Shown here piece after piece: positions 43,664-59,714 of a DNA stretch of 64,000 nt. Both the position numbers and the translations under genes were made by a program. Source of the stretch: Octopus vulgaris (taxonomy: Eukaryota); NCBI GenBank assembly GCA_951406725.2, contig OX597830.1, forward strand, positions 28,830,001-28,894,000. The letters are read 5' to 3'. The notes below the pieces were generated by a model. That model searched no databases. It saw only the letters and a program-made list of their open reading frames with translations, and was not told the DNA's origin. Each line of letters begins with the position of its first letter. Positions within the stretch are counted from its first letter, which is position 1.

Positions 43664-44017
43664 TAGGCGCAGGAGTGGCTGTGTGGTTATTAGCTTGCTT
43701 ACCAACCACATGGTTCCGGGTTCAGACCCACTGCGTGGCAACTTGGGCAAGACGGAAATTGAAGGAAGCCCGTCGTATATATGTATATATATATGTATGT
43801 GTGTGTATATGTTTGTGTGTCTTTGTCCCCCAACATCGTTTGACAACCGATGGTGTTGTGTTTACGTCCCCGTAACCCAGCTGTTCGGTAAAAGAGGCCG
43901 ATAGAATAAGTACTAAGCTTCCAAAGAATAAGTCGTGGGGTCAATTTACTCGACTAAAGGCGGTGCTCCAGCATGGCCACAGTGAAATGACCGAAACAAG
44001 TATAAGAGTAAAGAGTA
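43664..44017 (+). mobile_element. SINE family A with an internal deletion
   Basis: Full head and tail; ttgggcaag joins directly to acggaaa. Confidence 0.9.
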
Positions 44018-44577
44018 ATAGTATATTTATACATGGTTAATGGGAGCAGATGCGACTTCTGTATTTTGCTTAACAGAAAGGCATATTGTCATTGTAATAT
44101 GGGAAAGGAATCAACAGACATTTGTGACCTAAACAAGAACCAAGTTGGTGTGTGACCGAGCTTGACTTTATATTGCAGGTATATATCATTGATCGAGTAG
44201 CCACTAACAGTCTCCGGTTCATCTCATTTTCTCACCAAAACTTCGGACGCTGGACCGATAGGTCACATTGTTGAATCAAACCTGGAATAACATAGTTGCG
44301 AATTCAAATTGTAAACCACCCCAAAATGATAACCGTTTGAAGATTCAGTCATATTGTCAAGATTGCAGCTTGCACGGCTGTGACCGCGCTGAGGCAGTTA
44401 CGTAATGTGTCTTCTTTTTTTTTTTAAGCCTTGTGCTCAGTAACTAAGGAACAAGCGAGTTCAATATGGTATCTTCTGCAGCGGTAGATTTTCTTCGGGG
44501 TTTGTGCTCAAAAAGATGTTCACTTCGTTTTCGAAGGTGCAATAGATGTTGATTTCCTCTCCCAACTCTCTCTTACA

Positions 44578-44667
<90 letters not shown>

Positions 44668-44832
44668 GTGTCTCCCTCTCTATCTACAAACATACGTTTG
44701 TGCAAATTTTTGTATAAAACTTACAAAATTTATAACAAAAAAAAAATCAACCATACACACGTGTGTGTATATATATATATATATACACATACACATACAC
44801 ATACATATACATATATATGTATATATATATAC

Positions 44833-44897
<65 letters not shown>

Positions 44898-45148
44898 TTT
44901 ACATACATACGCACATGCTTGTATGTTTATTTGTATGTCAGTGTGCGTATTTTTATGGGAAGAGTCGTGAAGTATAATAAAAAGCTTTAGGTGAAGTTAC
45001 TTGAGCCAGCAATGAATATGAACATCCATGTAAATACTGATGCATACATCTGTATATCAATGTATAGGTGTATGTATGTATGTATGTATGTATGTATGTA
45101 TGTATGTATGTATATATTTATATGTATGTATGTATGTATGTATCTATA

Positions 45149-45179
<31 letters not shown>

Positions 45180-45222
45180 GTAAATGTCTAATTGTGAATA
45201 TATATGTGTATAAGCAAACATA

Positions 45223-45278
<56 letters not shown>

Positions 45279-45672
45279 ATGTATATAACTATCTATATAT
45301 CTGTATCTATGTATATATGTATGTATATGTATGTGTACGCGTGAGTATGTGTGTGTGTGAGTGTATGTTAGATATAGGGAGTGACACGTTGATATATTTC
45401 TCGAAATTAATATTAAATCTACTGAGATCGATTTCCAAAGAATTCACTGATGAATTGCCACAAAAATATATAAAAGCATACCCTTAGAGGCAATACTTTT
45501 GCTATCTTCAAATATGAGCACACGGGGCACTTGCCCAGGGGTGTTTCGGGTCTAGGGGTCAAACAGCTATCAGTTTGTGCTCCGGCATGCCGTCAATAAA
45601 TAAATACTGGTGGACATAGTGCAATGCATTGCCCAAGGGAAAAGTGTAGTGTTAAAGTAGGCTCTGTGCTTA

Positions 45673-45840
45673 CAGGCATGGCTCAGTAGTTTACAAGTTC
45701 ATATACTGACCGCATATATGCAGGATCGATCCCGGTGTGAGAGGTTATCAGCAAGTATCTTTTATAGCTTTAGGTTTGTCAGATGTCCTCTGAATATTGG
45801 CAGTGCAGAAACTGTGCTGAAGCCTGTCGTGTGTACTTTT
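45673..45840 (+). mobile_element. degenerate SINE family A-like 5' half
   Basis: caggcatggctcagtag..gcaagtatcttttatagc..gaagcctgtcgt. Confidence 0.45.
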
Positions 45841-46090
45841 AAATGATGTGTGTATTTGCGTTCGCGCATGTGTGTGTGTGAGTGTGTGTATGTGGTGTAT
45901 ATGTTTATGTGTCTGTGTGTGTGTCTGTGTATACGTATGTCTGTGAGAGAAAGAGAGAAAGAGAGAGAGCAGGAGCGCGTTCTGAATTAAATACCATGAG
46001 TTACAGGCTGAGTTACATAACAAGTATGCATAAAGGTATATGTATGTGTGTGTATTCAAACATACACACACGCACATACACTCACACACA

Positions 46091-46155
<65 letters not shown>

Positions 46156-46243
46156 GTTGTCTGCAAGACTATATATACATATATATGTATATATATACAT
46201 GTATGTATGTATGTATGTATGTATGTATATATATATAAACATG

Positions 46244-46275
<32 letters not shown>

Positions 46276-46312
46276 CATATATACATGTATGTATACACAC
46301 ACACACACACAC

Positions 46313-46363
<51 letters not shown>

Positions 46364-46607
46364 TACCTGTGTGTGTATGGGTGTGGGTGGATGTATGTAT
46401 GCTTGAAATTATGTAACAAATAATGAAAGATTTCGCAAACGGAGGCGTAGGACGATTGAAAATCTTATCTGAGTGACCAAACATGTTACATGAATGTAAA
46501 AATAGAACAATAAACTGAAGGGTCTCGGATGTATAAAGCAGAGAGGTCGGTAGGATTGTGCATGGAAGAAATATTCTGTTGGGAGTCATTTTGCATAATT
46601 TATTAAG

Positions 46608-46655
<48 letters not shown>

Positions 46656-47116
46656 AATCTATCTATCTATCTATCTATCTATCTATGCTTCATCGAGTCC
46701 GTCAGTCGGTATTTTAATGTCTTTATTTCGAGGTTTTTTTTTGGGGAAACTGAGCGATTACTTAAAAAATTCTGTAGAAAACATACATGATAATTGAAGA
46801 AGTGTGATAACAGTGAGTTCGAAAATTTTGCCCAGTACCTTTCTTCTGTTATAGTTAGTCGAAGTATGCGCAATCTCTGTCACCGTTTCCCATGTAATAG
46901 TATTGCACACACAAACACACACACACACATACACACACATATATATATGTATATATATTTATGTATATATACATTTACATATATATACATATATATGCAT
47001 ATATTTTTATATAACATATGCATATATACATACATATATGTATACATATATATATACATATATATGTATATGTGTGTATATATATACAGATTTATATACA
47101 TATATATGTATATGTG

Positions 47117-47147
<31 letters not shown>

Positions 47148-47148
47148 G

Positions 47149-47198
<50 letters not shown>

Positions 47199-47465
47199 TA
47201 TATAGACATACATACATATATGTTAAATATATGGTATTGTGTGCAAACATACACAGATTCACCCCACCTATACACTGGTATTAATATATATAGAAATAAA
47301 CATATTCAGACATATAGGTTATGTTTACTTTATGGCTAAATATTTAATTATTACATAAACTTAAAAGGACATCGACACATACACTGACGCGCGAGCGCAC
47401 GAAATGGTTGTATCTATCTATATAAGTATATACGTATATATATATATCTATATCTATATATATGC

Positions 47466-47531
<66 letters not shown>

Positions 47532-47994
47532 GTATATATATACATATAAATATATACACATATATATATATATATAGTTATACATATGTATATATTCATA
47601 TATACTAATAAATATATACATATATGTGTGTGCCTACGATTTTTTGTATGTGTGTGTGTGTGTGTAAACCTTTGTGTCTGAGTGTGGGTGATTATTTATG
47701 GAGAAAGACGGATACTATGTACAAGGAAATGCTAGACCGACCAGAGCAATAAAGATTCAATTTTTTATGGCTGTTACCATGTCTGTACATGGCATTTATA
47801 TTTCATGCAAGATGTGTGCGAGGGAGAAGATACGCACATACATGCCTACATAGAACAACATAAAGCAGGCCTAAGTATATACAAGTATAGGTAGAGTGAT
47901 TGTGCTTCTATTACAATGCGTAATATAGATAAAAGAGATGAATGAAGATACTATTATGCGTAAATGTATATATGTGGATATATAGGCGATATGC

Positions 47995-48046
<52 letters not shown>

Positions 48047-48207
48047 ATATAGGTGATATACGAATATATATATATGTTAATACACACACAGAGGCACATG
48101 GATTTATTTACATATAGATATGTGTATATATACATCGATGCAGACATGTCGATGTGTGTCTGTGTGCGTATGTGTGTGTGTATATATATATAAATTGAGA
48201 GATAAAC

Positions 48208-48259
<52 letters not shown>

Positions 48260-48907
48260 ATACAAATATATATATATATACAGACTCATAATATATACAA
48301 ATTTATATATATTCATGTATATAAATGTATATATATATAATATATATGCATATATATTAAGATATATACAGATGAAAATATATATACATATATGTTTATT
48401 AACAGACACACACACATAGCTATAAATCAAATTTCTGTCTATCTATCTACCTATCTATCTCTCTATCTATATATATATACATGTCGCATGCCATCAAATG
48501 CAATGGTTGGCATGTACAAATCTGTCCACTAGTTGCAACTAGTTGAAAATATTTATCGTGTGCTAATGAAATTCTACGTGCATTTAATATTTGATTGAAG
48601 ATGGTAACACAGAATTGCGTACGAGTATATATCTATACAGATATATTGATATATATATATATTTATATATATATCAAATATAAGTATTTAATTAGTAACA
48701 CACTTCCATACACAAACATTCTTACACACACATACATAAATACATACATATATACACACACATACATAAATACATACATACGTACATACACAAGTACATA
48801 TATAGATATATATGTTCCTTTATTTTTTTATCGTTGTGTATGTATGTGTGTATATTTATATATATTCATTTCTATATGTATACAATCACACACATATATG
48901 TGAGTAC

Positions 48908-48957
<50 letters not shown>

Positions 48958-48970
48958 TTAAAACTTAAAA

Positions 48971-49021
<51 letters not shown>

Positions 49022-49576
49022 GTGTGTCTTTGTGCACATATATAAATTAATATATATATACGAGTCTGTATATATGTGCTTGGGTGTATACAGATATATA
49101 TAAATATATATCTGTATTATAGATATGGATACACACACACTTATATTTATATTATTGTGTGTATGTGTGTGTGCATTTAGATACTATAGAAAGACAACTC
49201 TCACAGGTCTTCGTACTCAGTTTTGGCACCGTTTCGTGCAATCCTGGAAATGGAGAAATATTTATAGGAACAGGTGGGACAATAAAATTTGACAGAAACT
49301 GGATTGGAAAGATATATTAAAAAAATTAGTATATAGTGAACATTTTTACAATGATTTCACCAGCTAATATCCAAGTTACACCTCTCTCTACTATACTTTG
49401 CCTGTAACATTACAATTCAATGAGCCTGTGGCTAATATTTACCATGATGGTAAATGCTTTTATTTTTCATTCCCTTCGAAAATTATCCCTGATTAGTGGT
49501 TTGGTGCTTAGCTGTTCTTTCGAGCGTAAAGGATTGCTATATTGGAATCTATATCTATATAGATATAGATATAGAT

Positions 49577-49644
<68 letters not shown>

Positions 49645-49669
49645 GTAGATGCATTTGTGTGTGACTCCC

Positions 49670-49862
49670 TCTACGTTTGTCCCTCCCACATCGCTTGACA
49701 ATCGATGTTGGTGTGTTTACGACCCGTAACTGATAGGTCTGGTAAAAGAGACCAACCGAATAAGTACTAGGTTTACAAAGACTCAGTCTTGGGGCCGATT
49801 TGTTCGACCGAATGCGGTGCTCCAGCAAGGGTGCAGTCAAATGACTGAAACAAGTAAAAAAA
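49670..49862 (+). mobile_element. SINE family A, 3' half
   Basis: catcgcttgacaatcgatgttggtgtgtttacg..aaatgactgaaacaagtaaaa. Confidence 0.85.
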
Positions 49863-49864
49863 TA

Positions 49865-49907
<43 letters not shown>

Positions 49908-49965
49908 ATTATTGCATATATATATTTAGTTACGTATATATCTATATATAAGTAAACATATATAA

Positions 49966-49997
<32 letters not shown>

Positions 49998-50033
49998 CAA
50001 ATGAAAAACAGAAGATGAAAGATATATATGTGC

Positions 50034-50071
<38 letters not shown>

Positions 50072-50076
<5 letters not shown>

Positions 50077-50392
50077 GACACGTGGCTTAGTGGTTAGAGA
50101 ATTCGGTTCATGAACATTAGGTTGTAAGTTCGAAAACCGAAGACATGTTGTGTCCTTGAGCAATACACATTATATTCACGTTGTTCCAGTTCACTCAGCT
50201 GGCAAAAATAAGTTGTACCTGTGATTCAAACGGTCAGCCTTGTTGCATTCTCTGAGTCACGCTGAATCTCCCTGAAAACTAAGGGATGAGTCTCTATGGA
50301 CTGTTCAACCACTTGCATGTTAATTTCGCAAGCAAGCACTTCGGTTGATCGAATGAAATGATACTCACATAATCGTATGCAACGGAGAGTCA
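50072..50392 (+). mobile_element. SINE family D (tRNA head, CORE-like domain)
   Basis: A-box TGGCTTAGTGG, B-box-like AGTTCGAAAAC, CORE-like GTGTCCTTGAGCAA. Confidence 0.75.
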
Positions 50393-50414
50393 GTGTATAT
50401 ATTGATATATCACT

Positions 50415-50706
50415 GGTACGGCACTCTGTCGTTTACAACAACGAGGATTCTAGTTGATCCGATCAACGGAACAGACTGCTAGTGAAATTTACTTCCAAGT
50501 GGCTGAGCACTCCACAGACATGTGTACTCTTCCCGAGATCTCCTGGAGATTCAGAGTAACACAGAGTTTCACCAGGCTGACCCCTTTGAAAATACAAGTA
50601 CAACAGAATCACTAAGAATGAGTGAGTGAAAGTGGTGATGAAAAAGTACAGAAGGGGTCGCCACTACTCCATATCATCGCCAGTCCACTGCCCTAACCAC
50701 TGGGCA
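50415..50706 (-). mobile_element. SINE with a family C-like head and a family D-like tail
   Basis: Minus strand starts gcccagtggttagggcag (as in family C) and ends with a segment homologous to 50215-50392. Confidence 0.65.
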
Positions 50707-50840
50707 AGTGTTCAGGGCAGCTGACTCGCGGTCATGGAATAGAGGTTTTGGTTCCCAGGCCGGGCAGTGAGAGTGTTTATTAAATGAAAACACCTGAATA
50801 TCCACGACGTTCCGGCAGGTATTGGTGGGGAGCCCTGTTT
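50707..50840 (+). mobile_element. SINE family C 5' fragment
   Basis: agggcagctgactcgcggtc..gtgtttatt..aaacacct..ccggcagg matches 24900-25010. Confidence 0.65.
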
Positions 50841-50877
50841 ACTATCTATATACATTTATATATAGATGGACACGCGC

Positions 50878-50922
<45 letters not shown>

Positions 50923-50933
50923 TATGTATATAT

Positions 50934-51033
<100 letters not shown>

Positions 51034-51311
51034 GTGCATAAGTATATATAAGCAAATATAGACATAAGTATATATGAGTATATATAAGCATGCATATACA
51101 TGTACATGTAAATCTGTACTTATCAACATAGACATATAAGTAAATATGCATGTATATATATTAATACACTCACTCATACAACCAGTCACATATTCATATA
51201 TAAGTATATATGTATACTGATAAATGTATATACATACACACAGTCAAAATCTCTCATGTCATAGGTGTCTCTCTACCTAGTGATCTATTTTCCCTTGATC
51301 TATTTAACACC

Positions 51312-51370
<59 letters not shown>

Positions 51371-51455
51371 ATAGATAGTAGATAAATAGATAAATAAGTA
51401 GATAGATACATAGACAGTTAGATAGATAGATGAATATATATATATATATATATAT

Positions 51456-51527
<72 letters not shown>

Positions 51528-51863
51528 ATAGATAACATCATTATACGGGCATCATCGTGTATACATTCTTTATTATTCGTATAATATTATACTGTCGTGT
51601 TTAGAAGTGAGTCTTCGCATAAAATAGATAGATGTAGGTATGCATACAGTAAGCAAGATATGGAAGCAGCACCGATGCGTTATAAGAAGAACCAGACTGG
51701 GAATGGAAAAAAAAAATATCTTAGCTGATGTTGAAGATACATAAAATGATAGAATGGTAACGTTTAAGTCTATGTAGGGAGACTGTAGAAATCAATAACT
51801 TGGAGAAAAAGGGCAAGCAAGGGAAATGAGTAAAAGTGCAAATTTTGTTTCCATCTTTCTCTC

Positions 51864-51944
<81 letters not shown>

Positions 51945-52014
51945 ATTCACACACATATATTTATATCAATAAAATACACACACACACATATATATATATT
52001 TATATATATAAAAT

Positions 52015-52095
<81 letters not shown>

Positions 52096-52467
52096 AATAT
52101 ATAAATATAAATATAAATCTACGTGCACGTTCATTTATATGTAAAAGCTAAACAATTCCAGAGAAGACAGTGTTACGCAAATTTGCACGTGCATATATTT
52201 TTCTCTGTAGACGCAGATATCAACGCGTGTATATGCATAAAAACACGTAAACCAACTGATATATCAGTACGCACACACACAAAATCCATCTAAATATACA
52301 ATAAATGCGTGTATCTATATACACGTATGTGTGTATGTGTGAATTTTCATATATACATACATACATATATATATATAACTCTATATCTATATATATATAT
52401 GTACAAATATGTAAATTTGCATGAATATTTCACTTACGTGCTTAAAAAAATATATATACATATACAA

Positions 52468-52514
<47 letters not shown>

Positions 52515-53129
52515 CACATTATAAATGTATATATACATATACACCTATCTACACAGAATAAATAATATGTACATAGGTTTATGTGTACCATACACTTTCA
52601 ACGACCATTTGAAAGGTTAACAGAAAAAAATCCACGTTCATCATGATCTCTTCCACAGATTCACCATTCCGGTTTATTTTCATGCATATTTATACTTATA
52701 TATATATGTATATGTGTTTGTCTATATATATTTATATATATGTAAATATATATATATAAATACATATATATATATATACATATATATATGTGTGTGTGTA
52801 TGTGTGTGTGTATGTGTGTGTGTGTGTGTGTGAATAGATTTGTATATATATATATATATGTATAAAATTAAATGTGTATATTTGTGTGCGGGTGCTTATG
52901 AAAGTAAATGTGTGATTATTTATAGAAAAGCATATGGGTTTTAATTTCAACATTACAGGTATATACAATATTATGTAATAACGTTAAACATCCCAAATTA
53001 TTAAATAATATTTCATTGTTTAAATATAGCGTATAGAAAGCTGAACTACAGGTGCGATTACAAATATTTAGAGATGTATAACGTAAGCTGAATTACAAGT
53101 AGGCATATACATATATAGATGAGTACACA

Positions 53130-53201
<72 letters not shown>

Positions 53202-53344
53202 ATTATCTATAACTATATCTATATCTATCTATCTATCTCGGAGTAAAATTTTATGATAATTTACTGTATATACTCATGTTTTAATAATCTGTATTTGATA
53301 TATTGATGTCTAGTTCTTTTTGTGCATACTTCAATACATTAATA

Positions 53345-53399
<55 letters not shown>

Positions 53400-53513
53400 A
53401 TTACATCTACGTACATGTACACACATATACGTGTATATATGTACATACGTATATATGGGTGTATATATACGTGTGTCTGTCTATATGTATATAAATATAT
53501 ATACATACGTATG

Positions 53514-53546
<33 letters not shown>

Positions 53547-53620
53547 TCACACACACACACGTAGATATATATATATATATATATGTGTGTGTGCGTGCGT
53601 GTTTGTGTGAATATGTATAC

Positions 53621-53659
<39 letters not shown>

Positions 53660-53833
53660 AATATAATATATATATATATATAAATATATGTATATATATA
53701 TGTATGTATGTATGTATGTATATATCGATTTATAAACAAAAATATCGATAGATACATGATTCTTGCCCGTACATGCATGTATGTATGCATATATATGCAT
53801 ACATATATATGCATCTAGGTGTATAGGTGTGTA

Positions 53834-53884
<51 letters not shown>

Positions 53885-54164
53885 ATATATATATGTATAT
53901 ATGTATGCATATCATTGCATATGCATTTTTAGAATTATAAACGTGTGTGTATGCTTGTGTTTTTGTGCTGTGTTTTTGCGTAAATGTTTATATTCAAGTT
54001 TGCTCCTCTTTTTGTCTCTATGACTCCTCATAAAGGCTGTTGGTGGCGATAGTTAAGTTCCTCCCTACGTAGTTTCTGCGTTCAAATCCCTAAAGTTTTT
54101 GCAAGCTTCACCTCACTGATTAAATGTGAAATAAATAAATATTACATAATAAAAATGACATAAG

Positions 54165-54200
<36 letters not shown>

Positions 54201-54462
54201 TTTATATATATATATATATTTATGAATTTATATATATATATATATATATAAAAAAAAAATGATGAACTATGAAAACTCCGAAATCAAATAGGAGAAACAG
54301 AGGTGAATATACACTTTCAAGTTTCCATAATTAACATTTTAGCTAAAGGGGCATGGCCCTATCTTACAATCTCACCTTCCATGCACTGATCCCTGTAGCT
54401 AGCCAATACATATATATGAACGTCTACCACTTTCGCCAGTTCTTATGCAAGTTCTAACTATC

Positions 54463-54545
<83 letters not shown>

Positions 54546-54664
54546 ATTTATTTATCTATCTATATAGGTGTGTATGAATGTAAATATATCCCCAAACATA
54601 CAAACAAACGTAAATATATATGCATAAATCCCAACATAAGTGCACATATATATATATATACATA

Positions 54665-54711
<47 letters not shown>

Positions 54712-54752
54712 ACTATATTTGCTATATTTGAAAACTGACGAGTATATCTATT

Positions 54753-54858
<106 letters not shown>

Positions 54859-54920
54859 CATATGTATGTATGTATTTATGTATGTATGTATGTATATGTC
54901 TTTTTGTGTGGGTGTTTATG

Positions 54921-54986
<66 letters not shown>

Positions 54987-55108
54987 CATATATTTGTGTA
55001 TATTGCTGCATGTGTGTTCATATGTAGATTATGTATATTCATATATATTCATATTCATATACATATATATATTCATTTGTATATATATACATATATATAT
55101 ATAGACAA

Positions 55109-55173
<65 letters not shown>

Positions 55174-55757
55174 TATATATAATAAATTCATATATATAGT
55201 AAATTCATAAATTATATATTTAGCAAATGTATATATGAATATATGTACGTATGAATGTATATATATAACAAAAGTCAAACAATCATTCTTATTCATAAAT
55301 TTAATTATTTACTTAATCATGAAGATTGTAACTCTGATTATAATCTTTGTAACTTTCATTGCAAACTAGTAATCTATCAATAATTGCAAGATTTGTATAA
55401 CCTCTGTTTTACTTTGTTATATCTTTGTTATAAGCTATCGTAATGATCTTGATTGTTAGTATATTTAACTACGTTCTCCAGTAATTATCTGGGCCGAAAA
55501 CACTATATTTATTCAGTTAATGAAATTGTATTTCAAATATTCTTATTCAATCGTGCACACCTTTATATACAAACAAGACACATATACTTATTACGTGCAC
55601 AGCATTCAGACACACTGATACAGGCACTCCCGGACACTCAAAAACACATACACTCGCACACATACACACACACACATGCAAGCAGACACTCGCACGCACA
55701 TGAAGACAAATGCAGACAGAATCTTTGACATATTGTTTGTATTGCTATTATATATCC

Positions 55758-55887
<130 letters not shown>

Positions 55888-56152
55888 ATACATATATACA
55901 CACATATATATGCATACAAACATATACACATATAGACATATGCATATACATATGTATGTGAACATATACTTATAGATGGCTATATGTGTATACATATATA
56001 CATTTTGATATATATATATATATATATATACATACTTATATGTATATATATATATATAACTCTATACCTATATATACACACATATATATGTGTATGTATT
56101 TATACATATATATTATACTCATATATATATATATATATATGTCTATTTATAC

Positions 56153-56293
<141 letters not shown>

Positions 56294-56590
56294 CCTGTGT
56301 ATCAAATACACTCATGGATTGATGTAGATATAGATGTACATGTTGATATACAGAATTACATATCTATGCATACATAAATATATTTACGCACATATATCTG
56401 GTTATATACATACATACACACTCACACACAGTCACATATACATGCGACTTTTTGTGAATAAACGTATATATATATATATATATATATATATACAAACACA
56501 TACATATATAATAGAATATTATATAATGTAATATAGTATATGTGTGGGTGGGTGTATATATATATAATAATATGTTACAGTTTTATATAT

Positions 56591-57012
56591 AGGAGTGGCT
56601 TTGCGGAAAGTAGCTTGCTTACCATCCACCCGGTTCTGGGTTCAATCTCATTGCAGGACAAATGTCTTCTACGATAGCCTCGGGCCGATCAAATCCTTGT
56701 GATTTGATTTGATAGATGGAAACTGAAAGAATCTCGTTATATAACATATTTATATATATGAGTTTGTTTATTTGCTTGTGTGTGTGTGAGCGTGTGTGTA
56801 TGGTTGTGTGTCTGTTTTTAACTTTCCACCTCCGCTTGACAACCGATATTGGTGTGTTTACGTCCCCGTAACTTAGCAGTTCGGCAAAAGAAACCAGCAG
56901 AATAAGTACTAGGCTAGCAAGAAATAAAGCCTGGGGTTGATTTGTTCGACTAGAGACGTAGGTCCAGCATGGCCGCAGTAAAATGACCGGAATAAATGAA
57001 AGAATAAAAGAA
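56591..57012 (+). mobile_element. SINE family A
   Basis: aggagtggct through aaagaataaaagaa. Confidence 0.85.
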
Positions 57013-57086
57013 TGTATATATATTTATACGTATACGCATATACGTATATATTGCATCCATCAAAACATACACACAGACACACACAC

Positions 57087-57155
<69 letters not shown>

Positions 57156-57200
57156 CTAAATTTCTAAATCTCTCGTAGAGACATGTACGGTAGTGGGGCG

Positions 57201-57415
57201 ATAGAAAGGTTGTATAATGTCAATCTAACACGAAATGACAGTAGAGGGGTACACCACCGCTGTTTAGCCCTAGGAAGCATCGACGCCTCCTGATGTATAT
57301 AAGGACACAGGAAAAATGTGTCAAAGCCATCAGGAGGCGTCGATGCTTCCTAGGGCTAAACAGCGGTGGTGTACTCTCCTACTGTCACTTTCGTGTTAGA
57401 TTGACAGTATACAAC

Positions 57416-57423
<8 letters not shown>
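57201..57423. repeat. fold-back palindrome, ~95-bp arms
   Basis: 57201-57295 is the reverse complement of 57328-57423 with few differences; loop contains a gacaca/tgtgtc stem; right end runs into (TA)n. Confidence 0.95.
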
Positions 57424-57448
<25 letters not shown>

Positions 57449-57807
57449 ACATGCACACAAGCACACTTCTGATATGTACCAATAGCTTAATATCTAGCAT
57501 ACATTCTGGAATCAGAAATCTTAAGACGTGAATAAAGATGTCGTCTAGACTGAAACATGTTGAAGTCAGAGAGAGTTTAGCTGCACCTGCATTCCAAAAT
57601 GCCTTCCTCGTCATAGACTATGTCACGCTGTTTCTGTCTGTGAATTACGTTATGTTTTCACGTGTACGTGTAATACTAGGTGATTTGCGGTCTTCTGCAA
57701 TGAGCAGCTATTTCGATCAGCCGGAAAATTCATTGTCAACCATTTTGATATATCAGTCAAAACTTCTATCTATCTATTTATCTATTTTTCTATCTATCTA
57801 TCTATCC

Positions 57808-57867
<60 letters not shown>

Positions 57868-57948
57868 GTCTGTCTACCTATCTATCCATTTATCTATGTT
57901 TCTATCTATCCGTCTGTCTGTCTGTCTGTGTGACCGTCTGTCTATTTA

Positions 57949-57979
<31 letters not shown>

Positions 57980-58446
57980 ATCTATCTCTCTATGTATATA
58001 TTTGCTTGTCTGTCTGTCTCTGTCACACAGACAGACACACACACACGCACACACACGCTCTTTCTCTCTCACTCTCTCTCTCTCTCTCTCTCTCTTTGTG
58101 CATCTTTAGCCCTATATATATTTAACTTCCTAGGAAGCTAAACAGTTGTCAGTGCTCGTGGCCCAATGCCTTTGGTATTCGATTCCCATATTTATAAACA
58201 AGTGGGTTCAGTTTCTTCACAGAGCTGCACGCTCTCTTTGAGCGATGACTTTGCTGAATGCTGCGTCCTTTGACAAAGTTTACCGCTCTAATGTTACGGC
58301 AGTATATGTAGCGCCAAGTCGGTCATGATTTCATAAGACTGGTCGTGATTTATCTTTACATACCTAGATAGATATATACATGCATACATGCATACAAACC
58401 CAGTTACATTCAAATATAATGATGATTTATATATCTATACGTATTT

Positions 58447-59440
58447 TCTTATTTCTTTACTGCCCACAAGGGATTACACACAAGGGGGAGGGGGTCAAAC
58501 AAGGACAGACAAACGGATTAAATCGATTATATCGACCCCAGTGCGTAAATGGTTCTTATTTAATCGACCCCGAAAGGATGAAAGTCGACTTCGGCGGAAT
58601 TTGAACTCAGAACTTAGCGGCAGACGAAATATCACTAAGCATTCCACCCGGCGTGCTAACGTTTCATATTTCTTTATTGCCCACAAGGGGCTAAACACAG
58701 AGGGGACAAACAAGGACAAAGTGATTAAGTCGAATACATCGACCCCAGTGCGTAACCCAAAAGGATGAAGGGCAAAGTCGACCTCGGCGGAATTTGAACA
58801 CAGAACGTAACGGCAGACGAAATACTTATTTCATTACTGCCCACAAGGGGCTAAACACAGAGGGGACAAACAAGGACAGACAAATGGATTAAGTCGGTTA
58901 CATCGACCCCAGAGCGTAATTGGTATACATTTAATCGAACTCGAAAGGATGAAAGGCAAAGTCGACCTTTGCGGCATTTGAACTTAGAACGTAGCGGCAG
59001 ACGAAATATCGCTAAGCATTCCACCCGTCGTGCTAACGTTTCTTATTTCTTTATTGCCCACAAGGGGCTAAACACAGAGGGGACAAGCAAGGACAGACAA
59101 AGGGATTAAGTCGATTACATCGACCCAAATGCGTAACGCGAAAGGATGAAAGGCAAAGTCGACCTCGGCGGAATTTGAACACAGAACGTAACGGCAGACG
59201 AAATACATATTTCTTTACTACCCACAAGTGGCTAAACACAGAGGGGACAAACAACGACAGACAAATGGATTAAGTCGATTACATCGATCCCAGTGCGTAA
59301 TTGGTACTTATTTAATCGACCCCGAAAGGATGAAAGGCAAAGTCCGCCTCGGCGGAATAGGAACTCAGAACGTAACGGCAGACGAACTGCCGCTAAGCAT
59401 TTCCTCCGGCGTGCTAACGTTTCTACCAGCTCGCCGCCTT
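58447..59440 (-). mobile_element. SINE family B tandem array, five units with a dimeric higher-order structure
   Basis: Single complete head at 59440; unit ends (tatttc(a/t)tta) near 58449, 58667, 58827, 59044 and 59208. Confidence 0.9.
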
Positions 59441-59714
59441 TCTGGAGATATATGTTGGCTGTTTGCAAATTTACGAAATGCGTGGGATGGGTAAAATGGT
59501 GAAAAACCGAAATTATCATTAAATAGTACGCGTAGCAACTATATTGCGGTGATGAATAAATATTTTATTGTTGAGCTGTGACTATATCAAGTGCCAATCA
59601 AGTATTAGTTATAATTTGGGTCGATTTGATTTAGATCTCTGCTCAATTTTGCTTATTATATGTATAGAAGCAACCGGGAACTGTGATCAGTAGCACGTTA
59701 AAAGAGAAAAAAAT

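Noticed and set aside
45500-45668. Possible decayed hAT-type MITE
   Set aside because: TIRs and TSD could not be delimited
49209-49320. Possible plus-strand exon after ctctcacag
   Set aside because: Weak donor, unrecognised peptide and no partner exons
57260-57295. Resemblance of tttagccctagg to pistol or twister ribozyme motifs
   Set aside because: The required pseudoknot partners and conserved segments were not found outside the palindrome itself
57531-57566. Hammerhead-like aaagatgtc..gactgaaacatgtt
   Set aside because: CUGA core absent and stem I does not form
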